Assembly (NCBI GenBank): GCA_964291405.2
Contig: OZ219926.1
Span: forward strand, 736,001-800,000
Source of the DNA: Thermodesulfobacteriota bacterium
GTDB lineage: Bacteria; Desulfobacterota; Binatia; Bin18
Length of the DNA: 64,000 nucleotides
Direction of reading: 5' to 3'
The translations under genes were made by a program, and so were the position numbers. A model generated the notes under the pieces. It made no database searches, had not been told where the DNA came from, and saw only the letters and a program-made list of their open reading frames with translations. This document shows positions 1-9,915 of this stretch, one piece after another (position 1 is the stretch's first letter; every line of letters starts with the position of its first letter).

Positions 1-56
1 TACCCCTGCCCTTTTGCGTTCCGGTTGTCCGTTCCTTCCAACGGCCCCTAACCGCC

Positions 57-1277
57 ATGAACATGCGCCAAGCCACCCCCCTGGCTCTCTTCTGGTTTCT
101 GATCATGGGCGCCCTCGGAGTCTTTTTCCCCTACTACGGTCTGTATCTACGTGAGAATATCGGCCTTGACGGGTTTCAGGTGGGCGTTGTCTTTGCCACC
201 CTGCCCCTGGTCGGCTTCTTTGTTCAGCCCCTGTGGGGCATTGTCGCGGATCGGAGTGGGCTGCGGATTCGCGTCCTGGCGGTGTTAGCCTCGGGTTCGG
301 CGGTCGGGTATTTCTTCCTTGGTCGTGTGGAGAGCTTTCCGGCTCTGGTGGGTATCACGGTTCTGTTCGCCTTTTTTTCTCGCGCCCTTATTCCTATGAC
401 GGTTTCGGTGAGCCTGGCGGTATTACAGGGGAGTCAGCATGCCTTTGGTATTATCAGAGCGTTTGGAACACTCGGGTTTTTCTGCGCCGTGCTTGGATTT
501 CCGTGGCTGTTGGCCTCCCTCCCGCCGCCGGCAGTCTTCCAGACAACCCATCTTGGTCTGCCGTCAGAGCCCCAGCTTGGTATACTGTTCCCGCTGGCCG
601 CCGGCCTTACCCTGTGTGCAACCGCCTCAGCGCTCACCCTTCCCCACCGTGGGCCAGTTGCGTTGCGCGCTCTGCAAGGTGAGTGGCGCAGCCTCCTCTC
701 TCAGGGCCCGTTCCTGCGCGTGACCCTGGTCGGATTTCTCGCCTTTTTCTTTCTCCACGGCCCGATGGATATCTTTCCCATTTATATCCGCGACCGAGGG
801 GGCGATATCGAGACCATTCGCAACATGTGGTGTGTGATGCTCATCCCGGAGATTATCTTCATGACCTTACTGGGAACGAGTGTTCGCCGCCTCGGTGCGC
901 GTGGACTCCTGGCCGTGGGGATCGGTGCCGGCGCCATCCGCTGGCTTTTCCTCAGCCAAGTGACCGCCCTCCCTCTGCTTTACCCGATCCAGGTCCTCCA
1001 TGCCCTGACAGTCACCGGGCTCTTTCTGGGGGGACCGCTCTATCTCGAAGCAACGATACCGCCCCAACTGCGCTCAACCGGCCAGGCCCTCTTTAGCATG
1101 ATCAGTATGGGCTTGGGCGGGGGGTGTTCCAGCTTGATGACCGGAGCCCTCCTTGAGCAGGCCGGGATTAACGCGCCGTATCTCGTCGGCGGATCTGGCG
1201 CGCTCCTGTTGGCCCTGCTGCTCCCGTCTCTCCTCCCGTCCCTTCAGCCCCCTCCCCCGTCGCGTGACCACGGCTAA
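57..1277 (+). CDS. MFS transporter (MFS_1-like, nucleoside/3-phenylpropionate:H+ symporter type)
   Basis: 406-aa ORF with about 12 hydrophobic segments; N-terminal FFPYYGLYL, QPLWGIVADRSG loop and IRAFGTLGF motif typical of the HcaT/NupG-like branch. Confidence 0.85.
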   Translation: MNMRQATPLALFWFLIMGALGVFFPYYGLYLRENIGLDGFQVGVVFATLPLVGFFVQPLWGIVADRSGLRIRVLAVLASGSAVGYFFLGRVESFPALVGITVLFAFFSRALIPMTVSVSLAVLQGSQHAFGIIRAFGTLGFFCAVLGFPWLLASLPPPAVFQTTHLGLPSEPQLGILFPLAAGLTLCATASALTLPHRGPVALRALQGEWRSLLSQGPFLRVTLVGFLAFFFLHGPMDIFPIYIRDRGGDIETIRNMWCVMLIPEIIFMTLLGTSVRRLGARGLLAVGIGAGAIRWLFLSQVTALPLLYPIQVLHALTVTGLFLGGPLYLEATIPPQLRSTGQALFSMISMGLGGGCSSLMTGALLEQAGINAPYLVGGSGALLLALLLPSLLPSLQPPPPSRDHG

Positions 1278-1278
1278 A

Positions 1279-3342
1279 TTACTGCGGGATCTCGATGTAA
1301 AAGTCGCCGTATGCTGAGACCTTCAAGGTATGGCCGGGAAAGACGATAATCGTCGTGGTCGGCAGCTCGACGACGGCCGGGCCCCGTACCGTCATGCCGG
1401 ACTCGAGCGCTTGATCCGCGTAGATATTCGTGTCGGTGAAACCGTCGTGGTCGGGAAAGTAGAGCGGCCGCGTGCCCGACTTTGCCGATGACGGATCTTC
1501 AGGACCTAGCGTCTGCTCTTCCAGCAGCAGCGGCGGCAGCTGGCCTATCGCGGTGACCCGCCAACCGTTCATGTCGACCGGCATATCGCGCAGGCTATAA
1601 GTGTAGAGGCGTTCGTGGGCACCGTGGAAGGAGTTGGCCATGCGTTCGATGTCGTCCTCGCCGAGTGGACCGCTCGGGATCGATACGATGATTTCGTGCG
1701 TCTGGTAGGGGTATTTCGCGTCGGCAAACCGTGTCGTCTTGATGTTCTCGGCCGCGAAGCCCTGCGCCTTAAGCTCCGCCTGAGCCTGCGCCTCCATCTC
1801 GTCGTAGATCGTATTAACGACACTAATATCCATGTCCCCGGTATTCATCGGGCGCGTCGTGAGGTAGGCGTGTCCGACGTCTGCGGCGAGCATGCCGAAC
1901 GCGCACAATCCGCCTGCGATGGTCGGGCAGATGGCCTTGCTGACACCGAGCTCCTGCGCGATCTTTGCAGCGTGCGCGCCGCCGGCTCCGCCACCGACGA
2001 CGACGGTATAGCCGCGCGGATCAACACCGCGCATGACCGACACCGCGCGCATCGCACCGACCATCTCGGTGTTGATGATTCGGTAGATTGCTGCGGCCGT
2101 TTCGACCGCGCTCATGTCGAGACGGTCGCCGATGGTCGTCAACGCGTGTTCGGCCGCCGTGCGGTCGAGCGTCATCCGTCCGCCGAGAAAATTCTCGGGA
2201 TTGATATAGCCGAGGATCAGGTTCGCATCGGTAACGGTCGGCGCCGTGCCGCCGTGGCCATAACACGCGGGCCCCGGCGCAGCGCCGGCGCTTTGCGGTC
2301 CTACGCGTAACATGCCGCCGGGATCGATCCACGCCATGCTACCACCGCCCGCCCCGATCGAATGGATGTCGACGGCGGCCACACCGAGCGGAAAGCCCGC
2401 AATCTCCATATCCGTGCTCATCGGGATCTCGCCGCCCGTGATCATGGACACCTCGAAGCTCGTGCCACCCATCTCGATCAGCATTTGATTCTGCTCGCCG
2501 TAGCGATGACCGATGAATAAGCTCGCCGGTGGACCTGCGGCGGGCCCCGAGCCGACCGCGAGTACCGGTCGCTTCTGGATCTCGGGCACACGTGCCGATC
2601 CGCCGGTGACCTGCATGATCAAGAGGTCCTTCTGATAGCCATTGTCACGAAAGAACTCGGCGATTTTGGTCAGATAGTCTTCGATCGCGGGACCGACGTA
2701 GGCGCTCAACACCGTGGCACAGGCCCTCGGGTATTCCCGGATCCGGGGTAGGATGTCGGTGCTTAATGCCGTATAGGCGTCCGGCATTTCCTCGGCGAGA
2801 ATCGCCTCGATGCGCCTTTCGTGCGCGGGATTGATCATCGACCAAATCAGGCACACGGCGACCGAGTCTACGCCCTCCTTTTTGAAGTGGGCGAGCGCAC
2901 GCCGCACGCTGTCTTCGTCGAGCGGTTCCTCGACTTCGCCGGTATAGAGCATGCGTTCGGATACGCCCAGGCGCAAGTGGCGCGGGATCAGCGGCTCGGG
3001 AGGCAAGAGCTGGAGGTTATAGCGGTCCGGTTTGTAGCCGTCGCGAAGGTATAGGATGTCGCGAAATCCATCGGTGTGAAGGATTCCCATCTTGGGGCCA
3101 CTGCGATTGATGATGGTATTGGTGGCGATGGTGGTTCCGTGGATGATGTAGTCGCACCGTGAGACGAATTGTGCGACGTCCAGGCCCTGTTGCCGAGCGA
3201 GGTCCCGCACGCCGTCGAAGACGGCTTGCTCGGGCGCCGTCGGCGTGCTCGGCGTCTTCCAGACCTTGAGGCCGTCCGCCTCGGTCGCAAGGATGAAATC
3301 GGTGAATGTGCCGCCGATATCGATGCCGAGGCGCGTGCCCAT
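1279..3342 (-). CDS. Hydantoinase/oxoprolinase subunit A (ATP-dependent N-methylhydantoinase A family)
   Basis: Real start inferred at ATG 3342 (MGTRLGIDIGGTFTD); motifs HGTTIATN, SGPAAG, EMGGTSFE, IGAGGGS, VGPQSAGAAPGPACYG, PTVTDANL. Confidence 0.93.
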   Translation of the reverse strand: MGTRLGIDIGGTFTDFILATEADGLKVWKTPSTPTAPEQAVFDGVRDLARQQGLDVAQFVSRCDYIIHGTTIATNTIINRSGPKMGILHTDGFRDILYLRDGYKPDRYNLQLLPPEPLIPRHLRLGVSERMLYTGEVEEPLDEDSVRRALAHFKKEGVDSVAVCLIWSMINPAHERRIEAILAEEMPDAYTALSTDILPRIREYPRACATVLSAYVGPAIEDYLTKIAEFFRDNGYQKDLLIMQVTGGSARVPEIQKRPVLAVGSGPAAGPPASLFIGHRYGEQNQMLIEMGGTSFEVSMITGGEIPMSTDMEIAGFPLGVAAVDIHSIGAGGGSMAWIDPGGMLRVGPQSAGAAPGPACYGHGGTAPTVTDANLILGYINPENFLGGRMTLDRTAAEHALTTIGDRLDMSAVETAAAIYRIINTEMVGAMRAVSVMRGVDPRGYTVVVGGGAGGAHAAKIAQELGVSKAICPTIAGGLCAFGMLAADVGHAYLTTRPMNTGDMDISVVNTIYDEMEAQAQAELKAQGFAAENIKTTRFADAKYPYQTHEIIVSIPSGPLGEDDIERMANSFHGAHERLYTYSLRDMPVDMNGWRVTAIGQLPPLLLEEQTLGPEDPSSAKSGTRPLYFPDHDGFTDTNIYADQALESGMTVRGPAVVELPTTTIIVFPGHTLKVSAYGDFYIEIPQ

Positions 3343-3374
3343 GAATGCCGTTTCCCTGGTCGTCGGAGTGGGAA

Positions 3375-5333
3375 TTAGAGCGTGGCGTCCGCATCCTCCG
3401 GCGGTAGCGGATTGAGCGCGTACTCGTCCCCCGGTCCGAGGAGGGAGCGGAAGTAAGTCCCCGCGTTCGGCCCTGGCGGATCGATGATCTCGATGGTCTG
3501 ATCCGCCTGCATCTCGGCGCGTAACGCCTGGGTGGCCGCTTCGTCTACCGCGAGGGTTTCCGGATCGAGCACGACGCCGTAATCGTTGCGTGCGGTTTCG
3601 ACGCTGATGAACTCGTCGCGCACGTCGCGCACGACTTTGTCCATCGGGCGATCGAGTGGATTGCCGTAACCACCGCCGCCGGTCGAGACTGCACACCAAG
3701 TCTCGCCTTCGCGCGTACGGAAGTACGATGACGCACTCACGATATACTTCTTGCCGTCCTTGTCCACGCGGTACAGCGCGCCGCCGTCACCTGGCTTGCC
3801 GCCGAACAAGCCGAACGGCGGATTGGACATGCCGTCGCCGTACCCGTAATTGTCGATCTGGCCGGTGCCGCGTGGCGTCACAAAGAAATTCAGACCCGGT
3901 CCACCGCAATGCTTGCCGGCGCCCATCGAATCGGTGCGTACCTGGTATTCCTTCACCACGAGCGGGAAGTGCAGTTCGACGATCTCGGTCGGAGCAAAGC
4001 GCAGCCCACCCACCGTACCGGGTGTGACCATAAACGGCCAGCCGTCGGAGGTTGCAGACGCACCCCCGCCGGAGCTGCCGTTGAAGAGGATCACCCCGAA
4101 GGGTTTCTCAACGCCTTCGATACGTCGGTCGATCCCGGTCGTCACGCAGTTCGGCGTCACGTGCCCGCAACCGGCGACAACCTTCTCCGGGATCGCCTGT
4201 GCGAGACATTTCCACACCGCGTCGGTGATCGAATCGGCCGGCACAATGGTTGCCGCGGCAGTCGGACCCGGCCATTCGGCGTTGACGATGGTGCCCTTCG
4301 GCGCCTTGACCTCGATGTGTTGCAGGCACCCTTCGTTGTGCGGGATGCTGGGATCGATGCACATGAGAACCGCGGTCGACACCGAATTGCGGCAGGTCGC
4401 CCAGCCCGCGTTCACGCCACCGCGCCCCTGTGGATCGGAGCCTTCGAAATCGACGCTGAGCTTGTGTCCGTCGATGGTCAGCTTGCAGCGAATCGCGATA
4501 TCGGTGCGCCCGTAGCCGTCCGAATCGACCCATGCTTCGGATTCGTAGATTCCGTCCGGCCAGGTTTCAAGCTCTTCGCGCGCGCGCCGGTCGGCGTACT
4601 CGATGATTTCGCGCGAGAAGCGTTTGAGCGTACTGGCACCCCAAGTGTCCAGGAGCTCTAGCAGGCGCTTCTTACCGGTTTTCGCTGAACCGATTTGTGA
4701 CATCAGATCGCCGTAGATGAAGTCGCGGTAGCGGACGTTTTCCAACAGGAAGTTCAGGACATCCTTTCGCATCTCGCCGCGGTCGGCGATCTTCAAGGGC
4801 GAGATCTGCAGGCCCTCGCTCCAAATATCGGTAGCGTAGGTCGGCACGCTGGTACGATACGCCGAGCCGACGTCCATTTGGTGCCCAGTCGCCGCCGCCC
4901 AGAACAGGTGCTCGCCCTTGTAGAAGACGGGTGTAGCAAGCACAAAATCGCCCAGATGCGTATTTCCGTAATAAGCGCTGTTGACGAGGATCAAATCACC
5001 GTCGTGGAGTTCCTCGGGGCCGAAGAACTTCGCGATCTCGCCGATCGCGACGGGCTGTGCGTTGACGTGAATGGGCAACCCGTCGAACACGCAGAGTGCG
5101 TTCGGCGGGATCTCCGCATCGTAGACCGCGCAGGAGAAATCCCGCGCCTCTGCGATGATTGACGACCACGCGGAGTACTCGAAGGTCAACGACATCTCCT
5201 TGACGATCGCGTTGAGTGCGTTGAAGACCACCGCAAAGGTGGTCGGATCGAGTTTGCGCGTGGCGTCTTCGAGCGTCCCGCACGCCGTCGTGAGATCCTC
5301 GGCGAAAGCGTCCTTCTTGATTGTGTTCACCAC
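3375..5333 (-). CDS. Hydantoinase B/oxoprolinase family subunit
   Basis: 652 aa; SSIIAEARDFSCA, GNTHLGD, GHQMDVG, EGLQISP, DSMGAGKHCGG and GGGGYGNPLDRP motifs; adjacent to subunit A. Confidence 0.93.
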   Translation of the reverse strand: MVNTIKKDAFAEDLTTACGTLEDATRKLDPTTFAVVFNALNAIVKEMSLTFEYSAWSSIIAEARDFSCAVYDAEIPPNALCVFDGLPIHVNAQPVAIGEIAKFFGPEELHDGDLILVNSAYYGNTHLGDFVLATPVFYKGEHLFWAAATGHQMDVGSAYRTSVPTYATDIWSEGLQISPLKIADRGEMRKDVLNFLLENVRYRDFIYGDLMSQIGSAKTGKKRLLELLDTWGASTLKRFSREIIEYADRRAREELETWPDGIYESEAWVDSDGYGRTDIAIRCKLTIDGHKLSVDFEGSDPQGRGGVNAGWATCRNSVSTAVLMCIDPSIPHNEGCLQHIEVKAPKGTIVNAEWPGPTAAATIVPADSITDAVWKCLAQAIPEKVVAGCGHVTPNCVTTGIDRRIEGVEKPFGVILFNGSSGGGASATSDGWPFMVTPGTVGGLRFAPTEIVELHFPLVVKEYQVRTDSMGAGKHCGGPGLNFFVTPRGTGQIDNYGYGDGMSNPPFGLFGGKPGDGGALYRVDKDGKKYIVSASSYFRTREGETWCAVSTGGGGYGNPLDRPMDKVVRDVRDEFISVETARNDYGVVLDPETLAVDEAATQALRAEMQADQTIEIIDPPGPNAGTYFRSLLGPGDEYALNPLPPEDADATL

Positions 5334-5345
5334 ACCGTCACCCGA

Positions 5346-5999
5346 TCACGCAACGCGGGTCGAGGGTTCGGGTAGCTGCTTAAAGGCCTCGAGCAGCTGC
5401 TCAAGACTCCACACGGCACCCCAGCCAACTTCGCACATTCTGATGGTCGGGGCGTGTAGATCGGGTACGGTCGTACCGCAGCAGTCCTCGATCATGATGG
5501 CCTTATAGTCGCGGTACATCGCGTCCTTCGTGGTGCCGGCGACACATTGATTCGTGAGCACACCCGAGATGATCAGGGTCTCGACCGCGAGCCCCTTCAG
5601 GATCGTATCGAGCTCGGTGTTGAAGAACGCACTCAGGCGCCGCTTGTCCACGGTCCACTCGTCGGGGAGCACTTCGTACTCGTCGTATATGCCGTGGCCC
5701 CAGGAGCCGACGCGGAAGCCGCCGCCGTGTAGAAACGGCCGAGTATCCCAGAAGACCCCGGCATCGATCTCGTTGTGCAGGCCGTGGGTGGTCCATATCA
5801 CCGGTATGCCCTTGGCGCGAGCGCCGTCGAGCATGCGCTTGGTCGGCTCGATAACGCGTTGCATGTGGGAGATGTCGACGCCGCTCTTCGCGTACCAGCC
5901 GTCGTCCGAAAGAACGTCGTTTTGTAGGTCGATCAGGACCAAAGCGGTATGGCCGGGCACCAGTGACCAATCGGGAGCGTCATACGGTTGTCTTGACAT
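5346..5999 (-). CDS. Isochorismatase-family cysteine hydrolase (RutB-like amidohydrolase)
   Basis: Catalytic triad visible: IDLQND (Asp), DKRRLSAF (Lys), GVLTNQCV (Cys); GGAGG RBS upstream. Confidence 0.9.
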   Translation of the reverse strand: MSRQPYDAPDWSLVPGHTALVLIDLQNDVLSDDGWYAKSGVDISHMQRVIEPTKRMLDGARAKGIPVIWTTHGLHNEIDAGVFWDTRPFLHGGGFRVGSWGHGIYDEYEVLPDEWTVDKRRLSAFFNTELDTILKGLAVETLIISGVLTNQCVAGTTKDAMYRDYKAIMIEDCCGTTVPDLHAPTIRMCEVGWGAVWSLEQLLEAFKQLPEPSTRVA

Positions 6000-6012
6000 T
6001 GGAAACCTCCTC

Positions 6013-7017
6013 TCAGCGAATATAAGGCATTACCTTGTTGGCAAACAGTTCGAGCGACTTGGCCACCTTTTCGTGTGCCAGGCCTGGGAAGTGCCACAGG
6101 CCCCACACCTCGTGGATGTCGGGATAATCTGCCTTGAGCTTGTTCACGCGTTCGATCGCGTGCTCGGGCGTACCGACGATGTAGAGGTCGTCCGCCAGCA
6201 GATCATCTGCGTTGAGTTCGTCACCGATCACCTGGGTCACGCCGCGATCCTTCGAATTCTGAAACCATTTGTCGTAGACCTTCATCATGTTCTCGGCATA
6301 GGGTTTCAATTCAGCCCAGGTTTTCTCAGGATCCTCGGAAACGACGAAGTAGCGAAGGTGGCGCACGTCCCCAGGTCCCCAGCCGAGCTTCTTGCATTCC
6401 TCTGCGTAGAGCTTGGGGGACTCCATGCCTGGTCCTTGAGAGAGAATTCCGACGCGGTCTCTCGCCGCACGGCGCAGGCCAGCGGGCGCGCGGCCGCCAT
6501 AGAGGATCGGGATATCATGCGCGGGCGGCGGGTCCGGCGTGATGTTGGAGTATTGCCAGAATTCGCCGTCGTAGCTGAAGGTCTCACCCTGCCAGCACTT
6601 GCGAATGATGTCCGCGCCTTCGCTCAGGCGCCGTCCGCGCTCACTGGTCGAGATCCCCCAGCCGTCGTACTCGACCGCACGGTAGCCCTGCACGAGCCCG
6701 AGGCAGAAGCGCCCGCCGGACATCAAGTCGATGACGGCTGCTTCCTCTGCCACCAAAACGGGGTCGTGCAGCGGCAGGATGAGGTTCGGCCCGATCTCCA
6801 TACGTTTGGTGCGCGCTGCCAGCGCGGCGCAGACCGCCATAGGCGAGGTGCAATGGCCTTCGGGCTCAGTGAAATGATGCTCATAGACCCAGCAGCTGTC
6901 GAACCCCAACTCTTCGGCATACACAGCGAGATCGATTTCATCCTGATAGAGCTGTGACCAGGATTTGGTGCGGAACTGCTGTGGATACCTCATGTGGATC
7001 GAGAAACCTACTTTCAT
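6013..7017 (-). CDS. LLM-class (luciferase-like) flavin-dependent oxidoreductase
   Basis: AEELGFDSCWVYEHHF, LPLHDPVLVAEEAAVIDLMSGGRF and IVGTPE motifs; start taken at ATG 7017 behind a GGAG RBS. Confidence 0.92.
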   Translation of the reverse strand: MKVGFSIHMRYPQQFRTKSWSQLYQDEIDLAVYAEELGFDSCWVYEHHFTEPEGHCTSPMAVCAALAARTKRMEIGPNLILPLHDPVLVAEEAAVIDLMSGGRFCLGLVQGYRAVEYDGWGISTSERGRRLSEGADIIRKCWQGETFSYDGEFWQYSNITPDPPPAHDIPILYGGRAPAGLRRAARDRVGILSQGPGMESPKLYAEECKKLGWGPGDVRHLRYFVVSEDPEKTWAELKPYAENMMKVYDKWFQNSKDRGVTQVIGDELNADDLLADDLYIVGTPEHAIERVNKLKADYPDIHEVWGLWHFPGLAHEKVAKSLELFANKVMPYIR

Positions 7018-7331
7018 GCGGTTCTCCGTTGACTGTCTATCCAATGCAGAATGGTGGGCAATTGCTCGAGTGACGGTGTGGGCGTAACCATGGCTTCGTT
7101 GTTGCTGTGGAGCGATATCTAGCGTACCAGTAGCCAGCCAATAAGCTGCACTATAACACTATACGAATGAAAAGCGCTATACTTTCATACTCCGAAATAG
7201 GCCACTGCGAACACCGCAGCCATTACGATAACGCCGATCCCGGTCATCCTCCTCGGCTGTCGCAAGACCACGGATGAACCGCCATCTTCGCGGTACGGTT
7301 TTCTAAGGACGACTCTCCCGCAGCACACCCG

Positions 7332-7751
7332 TCAGTCCGTCCGACGAATGACTTCCACCTCGATAGTGGACGAAGAGGCGGGCGTATGGGTCTCAAGGCG
7401 CCGCCGAATAGCGCGCTTCAGCGCGGCCCGAGTTGGGGGGAAGAGCAAACTGAAACCGACGATATCGGTCACAATCCCCGGTGTAATCAAGAGGAGTCCG
7501 GCCCCGAGAATAAGCGCAGCGTCGATCAACTCTCCGGTTGGGGCAATCCCGTTGTGGAGGTTTTCCTGCATCTGTCGCAACGTCCGCCAGCCTTCCAGCC
7601 GCGCCAGATACGCGCCAACAACCCCCGTGCCGACAACTAGGAGGATTGTCAGGCCGACTCCGAGGATACTGCCGACCTGAAGGAGCAGATACAATTCCGC
7701 GAGCGGAACAATGGTGAACAATACGAGGAGTCGAAAGAACATGGCTTCCAC
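7332..7751 (-). CDS. fxsA: FxsA family membrane protein
   Basis: FTIVPLAELYLL and GLLLITPGIVTDIVGF motifs characteristic of FxsA. Confidence 0.88.
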   Translation of the reverse strand: MEAMFFRLLVLFTIVPLAELYLLLQVGSILGVGLTILLVVGTGVVGAYLARLEGWRTLRQMQENLHNGIAPTGELIDAALILGAGLLLITPGIVTDIVGFSLLFPPTRAALKRAIRRRLETHTPASSSTIEVEVIRRTD

Positions 7752-7801
7752 AACATCGGGGCCAAGCCTGTCCGAGGCGACGAAAGGCAGTGACAGGATC
7801 G

Positions 7802-7987
7802 TTACCGCACGTCGCGTCTCAATCGATCAGGCAGAAGATTACGCATAAACGGCAGTCCGACCACGAGAACGGCTGCGCCGAGAACGAACCAGATTCCGTT
7901 ACGCCACACCAGTCCCATGACGATCATGGACACACCCCACAGGGCGATGAGAAGACAGAGGGCGGCTTGTAGGACAACAGGATTCAT
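7802..7987 (-). CDS. Small two-TM membrane protein (61 aa), unknown function
   Basis: ATG at 7987 preceded by AAGGAG; two hydrophobic helices; co-oriented with its neighbours. Confidence 0.6.
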   Translation of the reverse strand: MNPVVLQAALCLLIALWGVSMIVMGLVWRNGIWFVLGAAVLVVGLPFMRNLLPDRLRRDVR

Positions 7988-8033
7988 CAGCGTATCTCTC
8001 CTTGAAGAGATTCTCATTCGGCGCGCGCTGCCC

Positions 8034-8618
8034 TTAGGGGGCCTTCTGGGCCTGGTCGGCAGCCAGGGCGTCAACTCTATGGTCTACCAGGGCGTCGGCT
8101 CGCGCGAGCAGGGCTTCATCGTTGGTGAATTTCTCGACCATATAACTCAGGTCGCTGAGATCGTGAATCAGGAGCTTGACCGCCTGTTCACGGACCATCT
8201 GTTCGCGGACGACATGGAGCAGGTCAACGACCACGTCTTCTAGCTCGGAGCCTTCGACGTCTATGGCCATTTCAAAAGCACGCTCGACGGAAATCTCTTT
8301 TCCAGCCTCGCGGCTATAGGCGTTGAGGAGAGACCGGAGACGAACCACGGTTGACGGATCGAACCAGACCTTGCTGCTCTCTGCAACACTAGGGTCGTTT
8401 TCAACCACGCCTTCGACGAGGGCCAGCGCTCCAAGATGACTGGCTTCGTGACGCGCCATGCCAAACCAGAACTTGCGCAGTTCCTCCTGGCCTTCAAACA
8501 GGTGGGTGAACTGCATATAGAGGGCCATCGCCTTTTTCTCGAGATTGACCGCGGTACGGAGAATATCTCTCACCGTTGTCCGTTGCGGTCGCCGCCGCAG
8601 ATCCGCTCGCTCAGCCAT
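8034..8618 (-). CDS. Ferritin-like/rubrerythrin-type helical bundle protein
   Basis: AVNLEKKAMALY...MARHEASH (E...ExxH) and a second AIDVE helix. Confidence 0.7.
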   Translation of the reverse strand: MAERADLRRRPQRTTVRDILRTAVNLEKKAMALYMQFTHLFEGQEELRKFWFGMARHEASHLGALALVEGVVENDPSVAESSKVWFDPSTVVRLRSLLNAYSREAGKEISVERAFEMAIDVEGSELEDVVVDLLHVVREQMVREQAVKLLIHDLSDLSYMVEKFTNDEALLARADALVDHRVDALAADQAQKAP

Positions 8619-8678
8619 ACACTTCTCTTAGCAAAATTGGGGTGGAGAAAAAACCGGGACGTGCAGGCTGGGGAGGCA

Positions 8679-9428
8679 TTACAGCACGACTTTCTGCTGC
8701 TTCAGCATCACGCCTTGTTCCGGGTCAAGGGTCACGACAGCCACACTCCCGCCGTCATCCACCCCCATATATAACGGGGCCGGCGTGCCGGGATAACACG
8801 ACGTTGTTACCCCCTGACTGAGGTCACTGAAAACATGCACATGGCCCATGGCCAGATAATCCAGGCCGGACTGTGCGATCTCTTCCGGTTCCACTGGCGA
8901 GGAGCGCTGTATCTCTTCCTCTTCGACGTAATAGCCGTGGGCCATACCGATATGCCACCAATCTCCTTGGCGATTCGGTACTCCGGCCAGGGGGCGGAAG
9001 GAGGGGTCATGATCGACCAGGCCCTTGCCCCACACGGTTGCCTGCAATTCCGGGAATTGGATTGTGCGGCCCGTCTCTTCCGTCAGGGTGTGGACGTGCG
9101 GTCCGGCCGCGGTAAAATCGACCTTTTTGTATATCGACCGATGGTCATAACAGTCGTGATTGCCAGGAATGAGGATAACCGGACAGGGCACACGCCGGAG
9201 TTCGGCATTGACAAATTCGACTCCGGATTCCGGCACCCGGTTTGAGTCAAACAGGTCGCCGGCAATGAGGAATAAATCGGCCGGCGTATCGCACACCAGG
9301 TCAACGACTCTTCGGAACGCGTCCTGAATACGGCTTCGATAGGCCTGGCCTGCCTCTCCACGGCCAAAGGTATCGCTCTCAAGATGAACATCAGAGGTAT
9401 GAATAATCGTCAGGCGTGATTGCGCCAT
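8679..9428 (-). CDS. Metallophosphoesterase, SbcD/Mre11-like nuclease domain
   Basis: All five motifs present: HTSDVH, AGDLFD, PGNHD, MAHG, GHVH; AAAGGAG RBS before ATG 9428. Confidence 0.88.
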   Translation of the reverse strand: MAQSRLTIIHTSDVHLESDTFGRGEAGQAYRSRIQDAFRRVVDLVCDTPADLFLIAGDLFDSNRVPESGVEFVNAELRRVPCPVILIPGNHDCYDHRSIYKKVDFTAAGPHVHTLTEETGRTIQFPELQATVWGKGLVDHDPSFRPLAGVPNRQGDWWHIGMAHGYYVEEEEIQRSSPVEPEEIAQSGLDYLAMGHVHVFSDLSQGVTTSCYPGTPAPLYMGVDDGGSVAVVTLDPEQGVMLKQQKVVL

Positions 9429-9447
9429 GTACACTCCTTTGGGCGGT

Positions 9448-9894
9448 CTAGGTCGAATCAGGATCAGCTTTCAAAGGCAGGAGCACCGTCGCACTCCCAA
9501 GCGTGAGCCGAGCCGCTTCCGCATCCTCAACCCAGATATCGCAGATGACATGGCCCGTCCCGGCTTCAATCCACTTCTTGGTCACCGTGCCTGTACACAC
9601 CAGACGCTCATTGACATAGGCAATATCGCGGTTGGCATACGATAGCTTCTTCAGCGTTCCTTGTTCACCAATCCACCCCGTCAATAATTGCGATAAAAAC
9701 GCCCCGCGCAGCGGACCGTGCACCACAATATCCCGATAGCCTTCGCCCTGGGTGAAATCCTTATCAAAGTGAATCCGCTGGGGGTTCCAGGTGATACTGC
9801 TATACAGGAACAGCAGGGTGTTTGACGGCGTCTTCTCCAGACTCGGCAGCGTCATCCCCTCGGTCACGTCTTCAAAATACAACTGTGTATCCAT
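9448..9894 (-). CDS. MaoC-family (hotdog-fold) dehydratase, putative catalytic subunit
   Basis: LYFEDV N-terminus and WNPQRIHFD...VVHGPL hydratase-2-like motif. Confidence 0.85.
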   Translation of the reverse strand: MDTQLYFEDVTEGMTLPSLEKTPSNTLLFLYSSITWNPQRIHFDKDFTQGEGYRDIVVHGPLRGAFLSQLLTGWIGEQGTLKKLSYANRDIAYVNERLVCTGTVTKKWIEAGTGHVICDIWVEDAEAARLTLGSATVLLPLKADPDST

Positions 9895-9915
9895 GACTCC
9901 CCGGCCCCGCACCTG

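Noticed and set aside
3343-3699. N-terminal extension of the 806-aa hydantoinase A ORF
   Set aside because: Arg-rich out-of-frame overlap with hydantoinase B; family motifs begin at ATG 3342.
5554-6957. 467-aa plus-strand ORF
   Set aside because: Antisense shadow of the LLM and isochorismatase genes in GC-rich DNA; no recognisable motifs.
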